DNA of 20,000 nucleotides from Trypethelium eluteriae (Eukaryota): NCBI GenBank assembly GCA_051942245.1, contig JAVECL010000046.1, positions 56,357 to 76,356 of the forward strand, read 5' to 3'. Shown piece by piece: positions 18,412 to 20,000 of this stretch (position 1 is its first letter; each line of letters starts with the position of its first letter). The notes under the pieces were generated by a model. It saw only the letters and a program-made list of their open reading frames with translations, ran no database searches and was not told where the DNA came from. The position numbers and the translations under genes were made by a program.

Positions 18412-19658
18412 ACCGTGAGGCGTCGATCCAAAGAACCAGAATATCTGAGAGGCTTGTGAATTTGACTCTTGACACCAGTGTAGGATCTAGATCGTATGCT
18501 TATCTCATTCTCAATATTTCTGCACGCTTTTATTTTTACGCTCTGCTGAATCTGTATTGTTTGAGAATTAACATCGTTGCTTCAGATTTCAATGTTTTTG
18601 ATGCATTTATAAATCAGCCGAGTCACCTACAACACTGTCGTATGCTGGGGTCTTCATTTAAGAAATTCAAGTTTACAGCATGCTCATTATCTCACCCATC
18701 TTTCCAGAATTGTCCAAAGTACGAAGAATGTCCCATATGTGTCCCTTGCCTAGCAGGCTGTGATAACCAACTCGCTACAGGATTGACAGTCCGGACGGAT
18801 ATCGAAGAAAGATAGTCAACTGACTGTGTTTTCAGAGCTCTGGATATACTTTACAATAGTAAGTGCTGTTCAGGCGAATCAACTTGCTGCTATCGTCGTA
18901 GTTTGCAAAGATGGTAGGGGTTTACCAGTATATTGTTTATCCATTCAATATTCAGCTCCACCATTATATTCGCGAAGATCGAAGAATTGGTATTTTCCAG
19001 CAGGGGGGGAAATCTCAAGAGTCTTATCGCACGATGAAGTCTTATGTAAGATACGATACGGAATAAGTTTTATACGGGACATGCCAAATCGTCTCAACTT
19101 GAGCAGACACCCTTGCTTTTCACTTTGATTTGAGGTGCCAATTGATGTGGCAGGGTTGCATAACGCAGCGGACTCCGGCAGCCACATGTCTGAAAATGAC
19201 TTTCTGGCATCGTCGTGAAACTCAGAAACCTAACTTAGACCGTTCTACGAGTTTGAAAGGCGGGAAAAGCTCTGTGGTGGTAGTGCCGTGCTCTTCTGGG
19301 ATCCATCATCTTCAGAATGTGGTCAAGTGTATATGACCTATCCTTCTCTTCTATATCCAAAGAGTAATTCGACTACTGGTGCGGTCGTTTTGATGTAGTA
19401 AAGCCCTAGTTTCCCAATTTTGGTTTGCCGTCTTTTTGGTCACCCGCGTGCTGCCCTTGATTTTGCTCGGGTTGAAGCGGCAGGCGCGCTAATTTGTTTT
19501 CCAGCTAGACTGAGAATGTCGAATTGTAATGGGCATTTTAGAGTACCCCGGTACTTAGCTATCTGGACCGGGGACCTAGCTTCTTGCGATAACTGGGATA
19601 TAATATAAGGTTCGTTCCGGCTGATATTCTTTGCACGGCTGCGTGCAAGTTTTCCTAT

Positions 19659-19799
19659 TCCGAAGAGCGCATGAGCCTTAAATCACGAGTTCCTCTCAAT
19701 CCGATGCGTTGGATCGGAGTGTGATTGATGCTTTACCGTTTCCGAGACATTCGGAAAGCTTATTATGCATGCCATGTCCTAGAACACGAAAATTTCGGA
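19659..19799. promoter_or_regulatory. Cluster of TCCGA/TCGGA motifs, candidate Zn(II)2Cys6 transcription-factor sites
   Basis: Six copies within 141 bp, two pairs arranged as palindromes (TCCGAT-N7-ATCGGA; TTTCCGA-N5-TCGGAAA). Confidence 0.45.
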
Positions 19800-20000
19800 A
19801 AATTTTATGACCTACTCGACTTGATACTTAACGAAACGTGGAAATGGCGGTATCAACCAAATAACGTGTTATCCACACAACCATTCCCAAACCCCCTACA
19901 TCCTTCCCTCTTCTCCCTGCACAGCTTCGTATCCATCATCCGCCTTCGACTCATACGGTGGCCTGCATCAGAAGGTAAAAGTCAGCCATAGCTCCCCACC

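Noticed and set aside
18456..19991. Short ORFs at the right end
   Set aside because: Mostly non-ATG starts in AT-richer sequence with no recognisable domains.
1..20000. tRNA, rRNA, CRISPR arrays and antisense ORFs inside the real genes
   Set aside because: GTTCRA hits lack cloverleaf context, there is no repeat-spacer array in this eukaryotic DNA, and the antisense ORFs are shadows of coding regions.

Overview
Gene-moderate region of a filamentous ascomycete (Pezizomycotina) genome, judged from short GT-AG introns with CTRAY-type branch sites and about 50% GC. Eight protein-coding genes can be built by hand: (1) a 3'-truncated PTH11-like/rhodopsin-domain membrane protein (-); (2,3) a convergent pair of paralogous short-chain dehydrogenases (SDRs) with apparently opposite cofactor signatures; (4) an intronless SGNH/GDSL-like protein lacking the canonical block V His (-); (5) a divergently transcribed GH2 glycosidase (+); (6) a 3-exon secreted preproprotein whose C-terminal domain resembles alpha-sarcin-type ribotoxins/RNase T1 but lacks both catalytic histidines (+), and which the ORF track splits into fragments; (7) eIF2B delta/GCD2 (-); (8) an intronless alpha/beta hydrolase (+). 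Non-coding features include a roughly 250-bp TA-flanked MITE, a degenerate inverted-repeat element, several 8-bp tandem repeats and a dense TCCGA/TCGGA cluster near the right end. No tRNA, rRNA or CRISPR array was seen. All homology calls come from motif recognition by eye, not database searches.
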